A stretch of DNA of 38,308 nucleotides from Alcaligenaceae bacterium (GTDB lineage Bacteria > Pseudomonadota > Gammaproteobacteria > Burkholderiales > Burkholderiaceae_B). Shown piece after piece: positions 29,666-38,308 of the stretch. Made by a program: the position numbers and the translations under genes. Each line of letters opens with the position of its first letter. Within the stretch, counting starts at the first letter, position 1. A model generated the notes under the pieces. That model had not been told where the DNA came from, did no database searches, and was given only the letters and a program-made list of their open reading frames with translations. Location: the NCBI GenBank assembly GCA_012511095.1, contig JAAZGT010000191.1, positions 1 to 38,308 on the forward strand, in the 5' to 3' direction.

Positions 29666-32467
29666 CTATTTTTCATGTTGGTTTAACAGATTCTGCACTA
29701 CACGCTCCATTCGCATCGAACGGGAACCTTTAACCAATATAGCGGCTGGCTCCAATGCGTCGACGGCCTGATATAAGGCCTCAATCTCATCGAAATGTTG
29801 AGCACCTTGACCAAAGGCCTGAGATGTTTCTTTGGTAGCGACACCAAAAGTAAATAAATTAGTAATGCCTTGTTGTTTGGCGTACTCGCCAACCTCACGG
29901 TGCATTTGCGGCCCCTCTGGCCCAACCTCGCCCATATCACCTAAAACCAACAACCTTGGACTAGGCAAAGCACTTAAGACATCAATCGCTGCGCGCACAG
30001 AATCTGGGTTAGCATTATAACTATCATCAATGACTTGCGTGCCGTTTTCGAGGACATAGTTTTGTAAGCGTCCACTTACAGGTTCGAAATTTTCCAGACC
30101 CTGTTTGACCTTATTGAGCGTAATACCTGCTGCCAAGCAAGCGCTACTAGCTGCTAAAGCATTGCTCACATTGTGTTCACCAGGGATTTTTAAGGCAATG
30201 GTTGTTTCTGCCTTGTCAGTATTAAGAAGGAAATTTACACCCTCGGCGTCATGACTAATATCCGTCGCATAAACCTCCACACTTGGATTATCAATGGCAA
30301 AGCGTAGCGACTTTTTGCTACTACTTAGGGCATCCCAAAGCACTGTGTATTCGCTAGCGCCTGGGTAAATTGCTACCCCCTGTTTACTTAAATAAGCAAA
30401 AACCTCGGCATTTTCTTGAGCTACAGCCTCTACTGTTAGCATAAACTCTTGGTGCTCACGCTGCGCATTGGTCAATACAGCTACTGTAGGACGGCATAGG
30501 TCAGATAAAACAGCAATTTCACCTGGGTGATTCATGCCCAATTCAAAAACGGCAATCCTATGATGAGCACGTAATCTTAAAAGACTTAAAGGGACCCCAA
30601 TATGGTTATTTAAATTGCCTTGGGTAGCCAGATAGTCCTTACCATAAGCAGCTTGTAGCACCGAAGCAATCATTTCTTTAGTAGTTGTTTTACCATTACT
30701 GCCTGTTACCGCAATCACTGGTAAATCAAATAAAGCGCGCCACGCCTTAGACATGGTCATTAGTGCGTCTTGGGTGTCTTGAACCTGCACCTGTGGCAAT
30801 TCTAGTTCTTTATTTGGCTCTGAAACCAAGGCCGCAATAGCGCCTTTTTGTTCAACTTCGTTTAAAAGCTTATGCGCATCAAAATTTTCGCCTTTTAAGG
30901 CCACAAAGAATTGACCGGGTTCTAATTGACGCGAATCAGAGCAAACATTTAATCCATCTCGCATCAATAAAGCAAGAGCAGCCCATTGTCTGTCATCAAA
31001 ATAATGACGCACGCCATGCACTTCTTGATAATCCTCATGCCCCTTACCTGCAATTAAAATCACGTCTTCCGCTTCGGCAGTGAGGATTGAATATAAAATT
31101 GAATAATCTCTGTCTTTTTCTACTAAAGCCAAGCGTTCAGATTTTGGCGATGAGAAACCTACCACAATTTCATCTAAAATACGTTGTGGATCCTCAGTGC
31201 GCGGATTATCACTGGTGATATAGACTAAATCAGACAACTGCTCAGCGATTTTAGCCATAGCGGGACGCTTCACGCGATCTCGATCGCCTCCACAACCAAA
31301 GACACAGATTAAACGACCTTCACGAGCCTCGGCATTGGGTTTTAGAGCCTCTAAAGCACGTTTTAGAGCATCGGGACTATGGGCATAATCCACCACTACT
31401 AACGGCTTATTTTGTGGATTAATAATAGGCTCTACGGTTTCTAAACGACCTGCAACAGCTTCTAGTTTACTTAGAGTACGGCTAATACGAGTTAGGCTCC
31501 AACCTAGGCCCTCTAAAATACCAATAACAAGTAATAAATTCGAGATATTGTGTTCACCCACTAAGCGACTCAAAATCTGCGTGTCGCCATGATCGGTATG
31601 CAACATAAAGGACAAACCATAATCATGAAAGGTATAATGAACAGCACGCAAATCAGCACCCGAGGTAAGATCGAGTGAATAGGTTAAGGTTTTAGCAGCA
31701 ACTGATTGCTTAGCTAAGCGCAAACCTGCTTCGTCATCACCATTAAGCACAGCGAGTCTCATGCCAGGCCAAGCAAATAGCTTGGATTTAGCGATCTCGT
31801 ATTGTTCCATATTTTGGTGATAGTCTAAATGGTCTAAGCTGAGATTGGTAAAGCCAGCAATAGCAATGCGCAGACCATCCATACGACCTTGTTCAAGACC
31901 AATTGATGAGGCCTCCATCGCCACCATCAAGATGCCTTGCTCAAGCAAATAAGCGAGAATACGGTGCAAACTCAATACATCTGGGGTGGTCAAATAACCA
32001 CCTAAATTAGTGCCATCTGGCAAAATCACACCTAGGGTACCGATAGTTGCACAAGGCGTATTATTAATATTTAAAGCTTGGGCAACCCAACTAGCACAAG
32101 AGGTTTTGCCGTTGGTTCCAGTAATCGCAATAATTGTTACTTCTTTTGAAGGCTTACCGTACCACTCATCTGCCAGTGCACCTAGTATATCTTTTAGACC
32201 ATCAATTACCTTTACTGGTACCTGCTTAGTGGCAGCTTCTAAGGCCTCAGCAGTTAAATCTGAAGCTGCATCCACTAAAATAGCTGCTGCGCCATTTTCA
32301 ATCGCAGCTGAAATATATTTAGCACCGTCACTTTGTTGCCCCTTAAATGCGACAAAGACATCCCCAATTTGGATGTCTCTGGAATCAAGCTTAAGGTCGG
32401 CTCGGCTCTCGGTGTTTTCTCTTAACCATTGAATAATGGTTGGAATCTCTTTGTTTTTTTCTTGCAT
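29666..32467 (-). CDS. murEF: Bifunctional MurE-MurF fusion ligase
   Basis: One 933-aa ORF with two Mur ligase modules. MurE: DSR, ITGTNGKTS, MEASS, DYAHSPDAL, DNPR (mDAP specificity), AGKGHEDYQ. MurF: SDSR, VTGSNGKTTTKE, ELGMNHPGEI, DDSYNANPDS, LVKGSR. Confidence 0.97.
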   Translation of the reverse strand: MQEKNKEIPTIIQWLRENTESRADLKLDSRDIQIGDVFVAFKGQQSDGAKYISAAIENGAAAILVDAASDLTAEALEAATKQVPVKVIDGLKDILGALADEWYGKPSKEVTIIAITGTNGKTSCASWVAQALNINNTPCATIGTLGVILPDGTNLGGYLTTPDVLSLHRILAYLLEQGILMVAMEASSIGLEQGRMDGLRIAIAGFTNLSLDHLDYHQNMEQYEIAKSKLFAWPGMRLAVLNGDDEAGLRLAKQSVAAKTLTYSLDLTSGADLRAVHYTFHDYGLSFMLHTDHGDTQILSRLVGEHNISNLLLVIGILEGLGWSLTRISRTLSKLEAVAGRLETVEPIINPQNKPLVVVDYAHSPDALKRALEALKPNAEAREGRLICVFGCGGDRDRVKRPAMAKIAEQLSDLVYITSDNPRTEDPQRILDEIVVGFSSPKSERLALVEKDRDYSILYSILTAEAEDVILIAGKGHEDYQEVHGVRHYFDDRQWAALALLMRDGLNVCSDSRQLEPGQFFVALKGENFDAHKLLNEVEQKGAIAALVSEPNKELELPQVQVQDTQDALMTMSKAWRALFDLPVIAVTGSNGKTTTKEMIASVLQAAYGKDYLATQGNLNNHIGVPLSLLRLRAHHRIAVFELGMNHPGEIAVLSDLCRPTVAVLTNAQREHQEFMLTVEAVAQENAEVFAYLSKQGVAIYPGASEYTVLWDALSSSKKSLRFAIDNPSVEVYATDISHDAEGVNFLLNTDKAETTIALKIPGEHNVSNALAASSACLAAGITLNKVKQGLENFEPVSGRLQNYVLENGTQVIDDSYNANPDSVRAAIDVLSALPSPRLLVLGDMGEVGPEGPQMHREVGEYAKQQGITNLFTFGVATKETSQAFGQGAQHFDEIEALYQAVDALEPAAILVKGSRSMRMERVVQNLLNQHEK

Positions 32468-32494
32468 AACACTTCCTGCACTATTACGTAGTGA

Positions 32495-34339
32495 TTATCC
32501 ACGCGTATTGCGATTAGAACCACTTTGCGTTTTGGTATTTTTTGCCTCTAGGGTTGGACCCGTATTTAGGTCAGGCGGCACACTTAAATATTTGAGGGTA
32601 CCACCAATGATTTCACCCGCTGCAGGACCCGCAATAAGGGTACCGAAATAACCCGCCTTACGTGGATTATCAACAGTAACAGCCACTACAACGCGTGGAT
32701 TAGAAATAGGCGCTAAGGCCACAAAAGAACCACGATAATCGCGACGGCTATATCGGCCATTTACGATTTTACGAGCAGTCCCTGATTTACCACCGATACG
32801 ATAACCCTCAACCATGGCCTGAATTTTTGAACCATTAGGGCCAGCCGTTTCTTCTAGCATTTGACGGACATTGCGCGCTGTTTCTTTACTAAAGACTTGT
32901 AAACTTTTACGAGGCTTTTCATCACGAATTAGGGACAAAGAAACCATATCGCCGTCACGCGCTAAAGTCGTATAAGCGTGCGCAATCTGCAACAATGAGG
33001 TAGAAACACCATAACCATAAGCCATTGTCGCTTTCTCAATTAAACGCCAACGCTCCCACGGTCTTAAATTACCTGTAGCAATACCAGGGAAACCAATATC
33101 AGGTGCGGTCCCAAAACCTAAGGCCTTAAATACAGTCCACATTTGCTCAGCACGCAAGCGCTCCGCAATCATGGTCATACCAATATTACTCGAACGACGA
33201 ATAATGCCGGCTACATCTAAGGTGCCGTTACGACGGCTCACGTCTGTAATGGTATGCCCTTGATAACGATAACTACCGCTACCTGTAGCAAATTTAGTAT
33301 TTAAAGATACAGCCTTGGCATCTAAAGCCAATGCGACCACCAGAGGTTTAATAATTGATCCGGGTTCGAAAACATCAGTTACTGCGCGGTTTCTTAATAA
33401 AGCACCTTTGCGCGCCATACGATCGTTAGGGTCATAGCTAGGATAGCTGACCATACTAAGGATTTCGCCGGTTTGTGTATCAATGACTACAGCACCGCCA
33501 GAGTCGGCCTGGTGATGTTCAACTGCCTTTTTTAAGGCTTGATAACTTAGGTATTGAACTTGGCTATCAATGGTTAATCTGACGTTTTCACCATCTTGTG
33601 CTGGTGAATGGGTATAAAGGTCTTGAACCACACGACCTAAGCGATCGCGCAATACCGTACGATTACCATTAACACCACTTAAACGCTCTTCGTAGTGTTT
33701 TTCTATACCCTCAATACCGTTATTTTCGATATTTGTGAAACCAACTAAGTGAGCTGTAATCGGGCCTTGAGGATAAGAACGCTTAACCTCTGGTAAGAAA
33801 TAAACGCCCGGTAATTTTTGCTCACGCAGACTCTCCGCCTTATCCATATCAACTTGACGTTTTAGATAAACGAAAGTCTTACCCATGTGATTTTCCATGC
33901 GCTCTTTGATGCTAGCCACAGACAAATCAACGGACTTAGATAAAAACTGGAATTGCTCAGGTGTGGCTTGTTTTAATTCCTCTGGAATAATCCAAACCGC
34001 ACGCACCGGCACACTAGTGGCTAAGAAGACACCATTACGGTCTTCAATACGGCCACGATTTGCTGGTAAGGTTTGATTGACCTCAAAACGCTTTTCACCC
34101 TCAGCGCGTAAGAAGTCATTGTTATAGATTTGATGATAAAAGGCCTGAGCTAAGACAATGCTAAACCCCCCGACAAACATGCCGAGTATGCAAAGGCTAC
34201 GCCATTTTGGAAACTTATGTTCCAAAACCGGCTCATTAAAAAAGCGAGTTTGAGGCTTTTGCGGCCTATAGCCACGTGTATTACGTGACTTAGCTCGCTG
34301 AATATGCTGTAAAACTTTTTTAAATTTCATTGTTATCAC
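32495..34339 (-). CDS. ftsI: Septal transpeptidase PBP3
   Basis: RGRIEDRNG, EPGSIIKP (SxxK), SSN (SxN), GKSGTA (KS/TG). Start may be ATG at 34330. Confidence 0.97.
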   Translation of the reverse strand: MITMKFKKVLQHIQRAKSRNTRGYRPQKPQTRFFNEPVLEHKFPKWRSLCILGMFVGGFSIVLAQAFYHQIYNNDFLRAEGEKRFEVNQTLPANRGRIEDRNGVFLATSVPVRAVWIIPEELKQATPEQFQFLSKSVDLSVASIKERMENHMGKTFVYLKRQVDMDKAESLREQKLPGVYFLPEVKRSYPQGPITAHLVGFTNIENNGIEGIEKHYEERLSGVNGNRTVLRDRLGRVVQDLYTHSPAQDGENVRLTIDSQVQYLSYQALKKAVEHHQADSGGAVVIDTQTGEILSMVSYPSYDPNDRMARKGALLRNRAVTDVFEPGSIIKPLVVALALDAKAVSLNTKFATGSGSYRYQGHTITDVSRRNGTLDVAGIIRRSSNIGMTMIAERLRAEQMWTVFKALGFGTAPDIGFPGIATGNLRPWERWRLIEKATMAYGYGVSTSLLQIAHAYTTLARDGDMVSLSLIRDEKPRKSLQVFSKETARNVRQMLEETAGPNGSKIQAMVEGYRIGGKSGTARKIVNGRYSRRDYRGSFVALAPISNPRVVVAVTVDNPRKAGYFGTLIAGPAAGEIIGGTLKYLSVPPDLNTGPTLEAKNTKTQSGSNRNTRG

Positions 34340-34639
34340 CTACTCCGAAGTCACTTCGATTAGGGGGCTAAGCTCCGACTCTTTTAGGTAAATAATTTCA
34401 TTCACTTGAGGTGAATGCATTTTTAACTTTTGTGTAATCTCAGTTCTTAAATTCATTGAGCTAGTTAACTCAGCTCGCTCTAATTCCAAAAAGCGCCACT
34501 GAGTCTCTAATTCTCGCTCAACACGAGTCGCACGCTCTATTTGAGTATATTGTTGTCGTTGCTCATAACGCGCCGTCACCAATTCAACTGCGCTATAGAT
34601 AAAAAAAGCGAGCAAACCAAAAATCAATACCCTAAACAT
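34340..34639 (-). CDS. ftsL: Cell division protein FtsL
   Basis: 99 aa with an N-terminal TM, coiled coil (W..LELE...L) and KLKMHSP. Lies between rsmH and ftsI. Confidence 0.88.
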   Translation of the reverse strand: MFRVLIFGLLAFFIYSAVELVTARYEQRQQYTQIERATRVERELETQWRFLELERAELTSSMNLRTEITQKLKMHSPQVNEIIYLKESELSPLIEVTSE

Positions 34640-34658
34640 GCCAAGCCTTTATATAGCC

Positions 34659-35648
34659 TTATTCAGCTGCTGTACGCTCAGCCACTCTCAACATCGCCGA
34701 ACGCGAACGCGGATTGCGCTGAACCTCCTCACGACTTGCTTGCACTTTGCCAAGATTAATTAAGCGAGCTTGAGGTAACTCACTATCTGGCAAAGGCAAC
34801 TTTGCTAATGCAGGATCCAAGCTAGACGCTTTGGCAATCGCCTGTTTTACTGGCCTATCTTCAAGCGAATGGAAACTAATTACTGCCAAGCGGCCACCTG
34901 CATCTAATAGCTCTAAAACTGACGCGAGGCTGCTTGCAAGCTCTTTGTGTTCCTGGTTGATGAAAACCCGTATAGCTTGAAAGGTACGAGTTGCTGGGTG
35001 GTGACCCTTTTCGCGCGACTTGACGACGCTAGAGACGAGCTCAGCGAGTTCGAGCGTGCGACAAAATGGGCTGGATTGCCTGCGATCAATAATCTTCTTT
35101 GCAATCTGGAAAGCATACCGTTCTTCGCCATAATCCTTTATCACTCCTCTTATGTCTTCGAGTGAGGCTGTATTTAACCATTCAGCAGCAGTAATGCCAC
35201 GACTGGTATCCATCCTCATATCGAGGGGGCCATCACGCATAAATGAAAAGCCGCGAGCGGCATCATCTAACTGCGGTGAAGACACCCCTAAATCCATCAT
35301 GATGCCTTGCACCTTGCTGATTCCATGCGCTACCAAAACCTCAGGCATCGTTGAAAACGCACCATGCACAGGTATCACTCTCGGATCCTCAGCTTGTAGC
35401 TCTTTGGCTACTTCCATGGCCTCTGGATCCTTATCAAATACGAATAATTTCGCCTTAGGGCTTAAGTGGCTAAGCAAATAACGGCTATGGCCACCTCTTC
35501 CAAAAGTCCCGTCTACAAATACGCCGTCTTTATTCTGTGCGGGCAGTGGAGTATGCACAGTTTTAGACTTCGCATTGAAGTGCGGGTCTACTAAAGCGTT
35601 GACTGTGGCGTTAAGCAAAACAGTGGTGTGACTAAAATCTTGATTCAT
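34659..35648 (-). CDS. rsmH: 16S rRNA m4C1402 methyltransferase
   Basis: HTTVLL, VDGTFGRGGHS, DLGVSSPQLD..RGFSF, PLDMRM, HPATRTFQAIR, ISFHSLEDR, NPRSRSAMLR. Confidence 0.98.
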   Translation of the reverse strand: MNQDFSHTTVLLNATVNALVDPHFNAKSKTVHTPLPAQNKDGVFVDGTFGRGGHSRYLLSHLSPKAKLFVFDKDPEAMEVAKELQAEDPRVIPVHGAFSTMPEVLVAHGISKVQGIMMDLGVSSPQLDDAARGFSFMRDGPLDMRMDTSRGITAAEWLNTASLEDIRGVIKDYGEERYAFQIAKKIIDRRQSSPFCRTLELAELVSSVVKSREKGHHPATRTFQAIRVFINQEHKELASSLASVLELLDAGGRLAVISFHSLEDRPVKQAIAKASSLDPALAKLPLPDSELPQARLINLGKVQASREEVQRNPRSRSAMLRVAERTAAE

Positions 35649-35657
35649 CCCTAGCTC

Positions 35658-36089
35658 TTATAGAGAAAAATCACCGAGATCGTCAGGTAAGCCAGCCTCA
35701 AGATCCACAGCTACTAATGCCTCATACTTCTCGGCATCCCACAGATCAAAATGACGACCCATACCTACCAACACCACGTCTTTATCCAATCCGGCTCTAT
35801 CACGGAGTTGAGAAGGGATTAAGACACGTCCTGCTTTATCCATATCCACGTCAAAAGCATTACCCAAAAGGGTTCTTTTTACTGAAGCGCGATTAGCGGG
35901 TAAATTCATGATTTCCTCTAGTTTTATTTCCCATTGGGGTCTAGGGTAAACCAATAAACCACCGTCGAAATTACAAGTGAAGGTAAGTTGACCTGAGACT
36001 TCCCCCATAAGGACGTCACGATATCGAGCCGGAATCATCATCCGCCCCTTCGCATCGATCGTCAATGGATGGTTGCCTTGAAATATCAC
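35658..36089 (-). CDS. mraZ: dcw cluster transcriptional regulator MraZ
   Basis: Two AbrB-like repeats (IDAKGRMMIP, MDKAGRVLIP) and VGMGRHFDLWD. First gene of the dcw cluster. GTG start. Confidence 0.97.
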   Translation of the reverse strand: MIFQGNHPLTIDAKGRMMIPARYRDVLMGEVSGQLTFTCNFDGGLLVYPRPQWEIKLEEIMNLPANRASVKRTLLGNAFDVDMDKAGRVLIPSQLRDRAGLDKDVVLVGMGRHFDLWDAEKYEALVAVDLEAGLPDDLGDFSL

Positions 36090-36097
36090 TACCGTAT

Positions 36098-36156
36098 CCC
36101 ACTTTTAAATTAAACGTCCCACTTTATACCACTTCAATACCCTTTCACTCCACTTT
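36098..36156 (-). promoter_or_regulatory. MraZ operator array (GTGG direct repeats)
   Basis: Plus-strand CCACT at 36099, 36119, 36129 and 36150, plus degenerate CCCTT at 36140. This is AGTGG on the minus strand with spacings 20/10/11/10, matching the known ~10-bp-phased TGGG/GTGG MraZ boxes. Confidence 0.85.
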
Positions 36157-36180
36157 ATGACATTTTTTGCATAATATCAA
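36152..36180 (-). promoter_or_regulatory. Putative sigma70 promoter of the mraZ/dcw operon
   Basis: Minus strand TTGATA (36180-36175), 17-nt spacer, TAAAGT (36157-36152). The -10 overlaps the first MraZ box. Confidence 0.6.
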
Positions 36181-36424
36181 GCAAAATCATGCTTTTACGG
36201 CTAAAAATAAATCCTGTCCATGCAGGAATTATTTAATTAAATCTCAATCACTTAGAGAGGAAAATGTAAGCAAGTGGTATGCGAGGCACAGAAACCCTAG
36301 TTCCTACCACTCAAAGTGGGGAAAAAGTGTATTTCAAAAGAAGAAAATAGAGAAATTTCAGACTAGAAAAACAAAAAAGTGGGAATAGTGAAAAATTGAC
36401 ACTTAAATCGAGATAAAGAGATGT

Positions 36425-36812
36425 GGGGCAAGTCTATAGGCCGGATTCTGTAAGCGATTACTCGCTGGCAATCATTCATCTAGGCTTATTATTGCTAATA
36501 AGCTCGTGCCATCTACCCGCATACTCGGACGGACCGCCCTTGACTGCATGACGCAGCACGTATGCCTATTTGATGTTGCTCCGAGTAGAGGTTACCGCGT
36601 TTCACCCTGCTATGCCGTGACCATGTACCGAAATACATTGTCACAACCAGTGGAAGTCGCCACTGGTGTGCTTATAAATAAGCCCTCATAACAGTCTCGT
36701 CTCTGTGGCCCTATTCCTCATGCCGATGGCATGGACGGCTGTTAGCCGCTACCCTGTCCTGTGGAGTCCGGACCTTCCTCGTGCCTAAGCCCGCGATTGC
36801 CCGACTTGCCCC
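36425..36812 (-). ncRNA. rnpB: RNase P RNA (bacterial type A)
   Basis: P1 GGGGCAAGTC / GACTTGCCCC closes the ends. Conserved regions GAGGAAGGTCCGGACTC, GCCACAGAGA, GGTGAAAC, GGAGCAA, AGATGAATGAT, ACAGAATCCGGCCTA. Confidence 0.97.
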
Positions 36813-36922
36813 ATAAGTTTGAGTTTAACCCATAGCCAAAAGTTCCGACGATATTGCGTCAATTTTTAATAATTTTGGGGAAATTTAGGTGGCAGTATTT
36901 GCTCTGAGTCGAACCCTATGAT

Positions 36923-38134
36923 TTAGTGGCAAATACTATTGGTGCTACCCATACGCAAGGCTGCACCTTTGATGACGCCGTGAATTAACAAGGGTTTTAA
37001 CTCAACTCTACGACGAATATCGTAACGTAACACCCGTGGCTCACCCTCTTGGAGAGTAACATAGAGTGTTTTGCTATCGCCTGTTACCCACATATCTACG
37101 ACCCCTGAAGGTAATTCAAAAAACACCTTATCATTTGGATCATTAAATGACTGGAACTGCAAGCCCTTGTCGCCCCCGATAATCAAGGTCGTTTCTAACC
37201 AACCCGTACGAAACTCTCGAGGCGTAAAATCTACTTTAAAGTGCTCAGCTTTTTCACTTTTATCGAAATCAAACAAAGCCACATTGCCATTACTATCCGC
37301 AAATAAAACGCGTTTAAACGACGAGTCAATATAAGGTCTGATCATTGAGCCACTAGGCGAATCACTGCCACCCATAGGTCCCGTGCTATAGAGTTTATCC
37401 TGATCAATATAGTAGACATAACCCTCATTACCTTGTTTGGTTGTTAGGGCCATCATGTAGTCACCAGGCGTAATCACCCCGCCATCAAAGCCGGCACTCA
37501 AATTGGTACTAGCGCGAGCAGACAAATCAATGGTCTGCCATGGCTTATCATCGGGCTCATAAGCAGATTTACGATAAATCTGTGCCTTATTTTCGTCTAA
37601 CACCCAAAAGGTTCGAGTAAAAGAACTAAATAAAACTTTGGGTTCTTGGTTGCTATCTTGGTTTTGTGCACTAATAGCTGTCGGTGCATCATATGTGGTT
37701 AATTGAGTTTTATGGTAATCAAGCATTGCCACCTGATCGCGCATGACCATCGCCACTAATTTAGATTGCGGTACATACACTGCTCTATAAAGAGGCGAAG
37801 GTAGCTCCATATCACGGCGTAAATTCGTTTTTAAATCATATAAAATCAAATCGGTAGATTCGCTATTACCTACCAACAGCATTGAATCATCTCGAGCAAG
37901 CTCAATGGTTTCTGGTTGTACATTGAAATTTAAAGTATCAATGTACTTATCGTACATCACGTTGAAAATAGTGATTTGAGACGACTCGCTATCAGCAATA
38001 AAGAGATGGCGAGTCGGATTATAAAGATGCGCGTTATAAAGGGGTTGCTCTTTGTTTGCAGCAAAAAGCAACTGCGGTTGAGCCAGAACTAAACCACCAC
38101 CAATCGAGTAGCGCAAGAAATCTCGCCTTTTCAC
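36923..38134 (-). CDS. Putative Tat-exported beta-propeller protein (YncE/YVTN-like), function unknown
   Basis: GTG at 38134 follows an AAGGGGG RBS and gives MKRRDFLR + hydrophobic stretch + LFA. Blade-like repeats: LFIADSESSQITIFN, LLVGNSESTDLILYDL, VLFADSNGNVALFD, VTGDSKTLYVT. Ends NSICH. Confidence 0.7.
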   Translation of the reverse strand: MKRRDFLRYSIGGGLVLAQPQLLFAANKEQPLYNAHLYNPTRHLFIADSESSQITIFNVMYDKYIDTLNFNVQPETIELARDDSMLLVGNSESTDLILYDLKTNLRRDMELPSPLYRAVYVPQSKLVAMVMRDQVAMLDYHKTQLTTYDAPTAISAQNQDSNQEPKVLFSSFTRTFWVLDENKAQIYRKSAYEPDDKPWQTIDLSARASTNLSAGFDGGVITPGDYMMALTTKQGNEGYVYYIDQDKLYSTGPMGGSDSPSGSMIRPYIDSSFKRVLFADSNGNVALFDFDKSEKAEHFKVDFTPREFRTGWLETTLIIGGDKGLQFQSFNDPNDKVFFELPSGVVDMWVTGDSKTLYVTLQEGEPRVLRYDIRRRVELKPLLIHGVIKGAALRMGSTNSICH

Positions 38135-38173
38135 AATCAATACCCCCTTATACCTACAATTTACAAATGCCAA

Positions 38174-38308
38174 TTAATGTTGATGAGCCATATCAGCCGT
38201 TCCAGCTTTACCAGCTTCTTGCATAATCTCATCGACTGACTTCACAATAGCATCACAACTGGCTTTGGTACCATCGCTAAAGTTAAATGTCATGGTGTGC
38301 GTTTCACC
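38174..38308 (-). CDS. C-terminal fragment of a probable PCu(A)C family copper chaperone (truncated by window edge)
   Basis: Manual translation: GETHTMTFNFSDGTKASCDAIVKSVDEIMQEAGKAGTADMAHQH*. It resembles the PCuAC terminal G[ED]xxxxTxxFxDG strand pair with a Met/His tail. The diagnostic Cu motif would lie outside the window. Confidence 0.55.
   Translation of the reverse strand, partial: GETHTMTFNFSDGTKASCDAIVKSVDEIMQEAGKAGTADMAHQH

Noticed and set aside
396-35481. Many short ORFs (60-140 aa) antisense to or overlapping core genes
   Set aside because: They are shadows of well-supported genes, with no recognisable motifs.
36098-36390. Short repeats as a CRISPR array or iterons
   Set aside because: Units are only 5-8 bp with ~10-bp phasing, there are no spacers and no cas or rep genes. 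MraZ boxes explain them better.
36167-36691. ORFs 36167-36388 and 36506-36691
   Set aside because: They overlap the dcw promoter region and the antisense strand of rnpB, with no protein-like features.
38135-38173. ORF-track N-terminal extension MAFVNCRYKGVLI of the propeller gene
   Set aside because: The RBS and Tat-signal position support GTG at 38134 as the start.
36597-38308. 10-bp match GCGTTTCACC at 36597 and at the window end (38299)
   Set aside because: A match this short is expected by chance in 38 kb, and the second copy reads as in-frame coding sequence.

Overview
Mostly core-genome window from a low-GC betaproteobacterium. The fused murE-murF, long MraY and MurD, and the lpxC-dciA-M23-secA order point to Alcaligenaceae; an Oligella-like lineage is my inference only. 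Left to right: 5'-truncated sbcC; stand-alone nnrD; a minus-strand block of mnmC-like gene, GH31-like gene, EamA/DMT, tRNA-Lys(UUU) and a second EamA/DMT; suhB-family gene and mgtE; secA, an M23 peptidase, dciA and lpxC; the dcw cluster (mraZ rsmH ftsL ftsI murEF mraY murD ftsW murG murC ddl ftsQ ftsA ftsZ); RNase P RNA; a Tat-signal beta-propeller protein; and the 3' end of a probable PCu(A)C copper chaperone. I see no mobile element, integrase or CRISPR array. The best leads are three: (1) an intact 750-aa GH31 protein that appears to lack both catalytic aspartates and lies 14 bp from an EamA exporter, (2) an adjacent MnmC with an eroded methyltransferase half, and (3) an uncharacterised Tat-exported propeller ending in Cys-His directly behind the copper chaperone. 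All family calls come from motif recognition by eye, not database searches.
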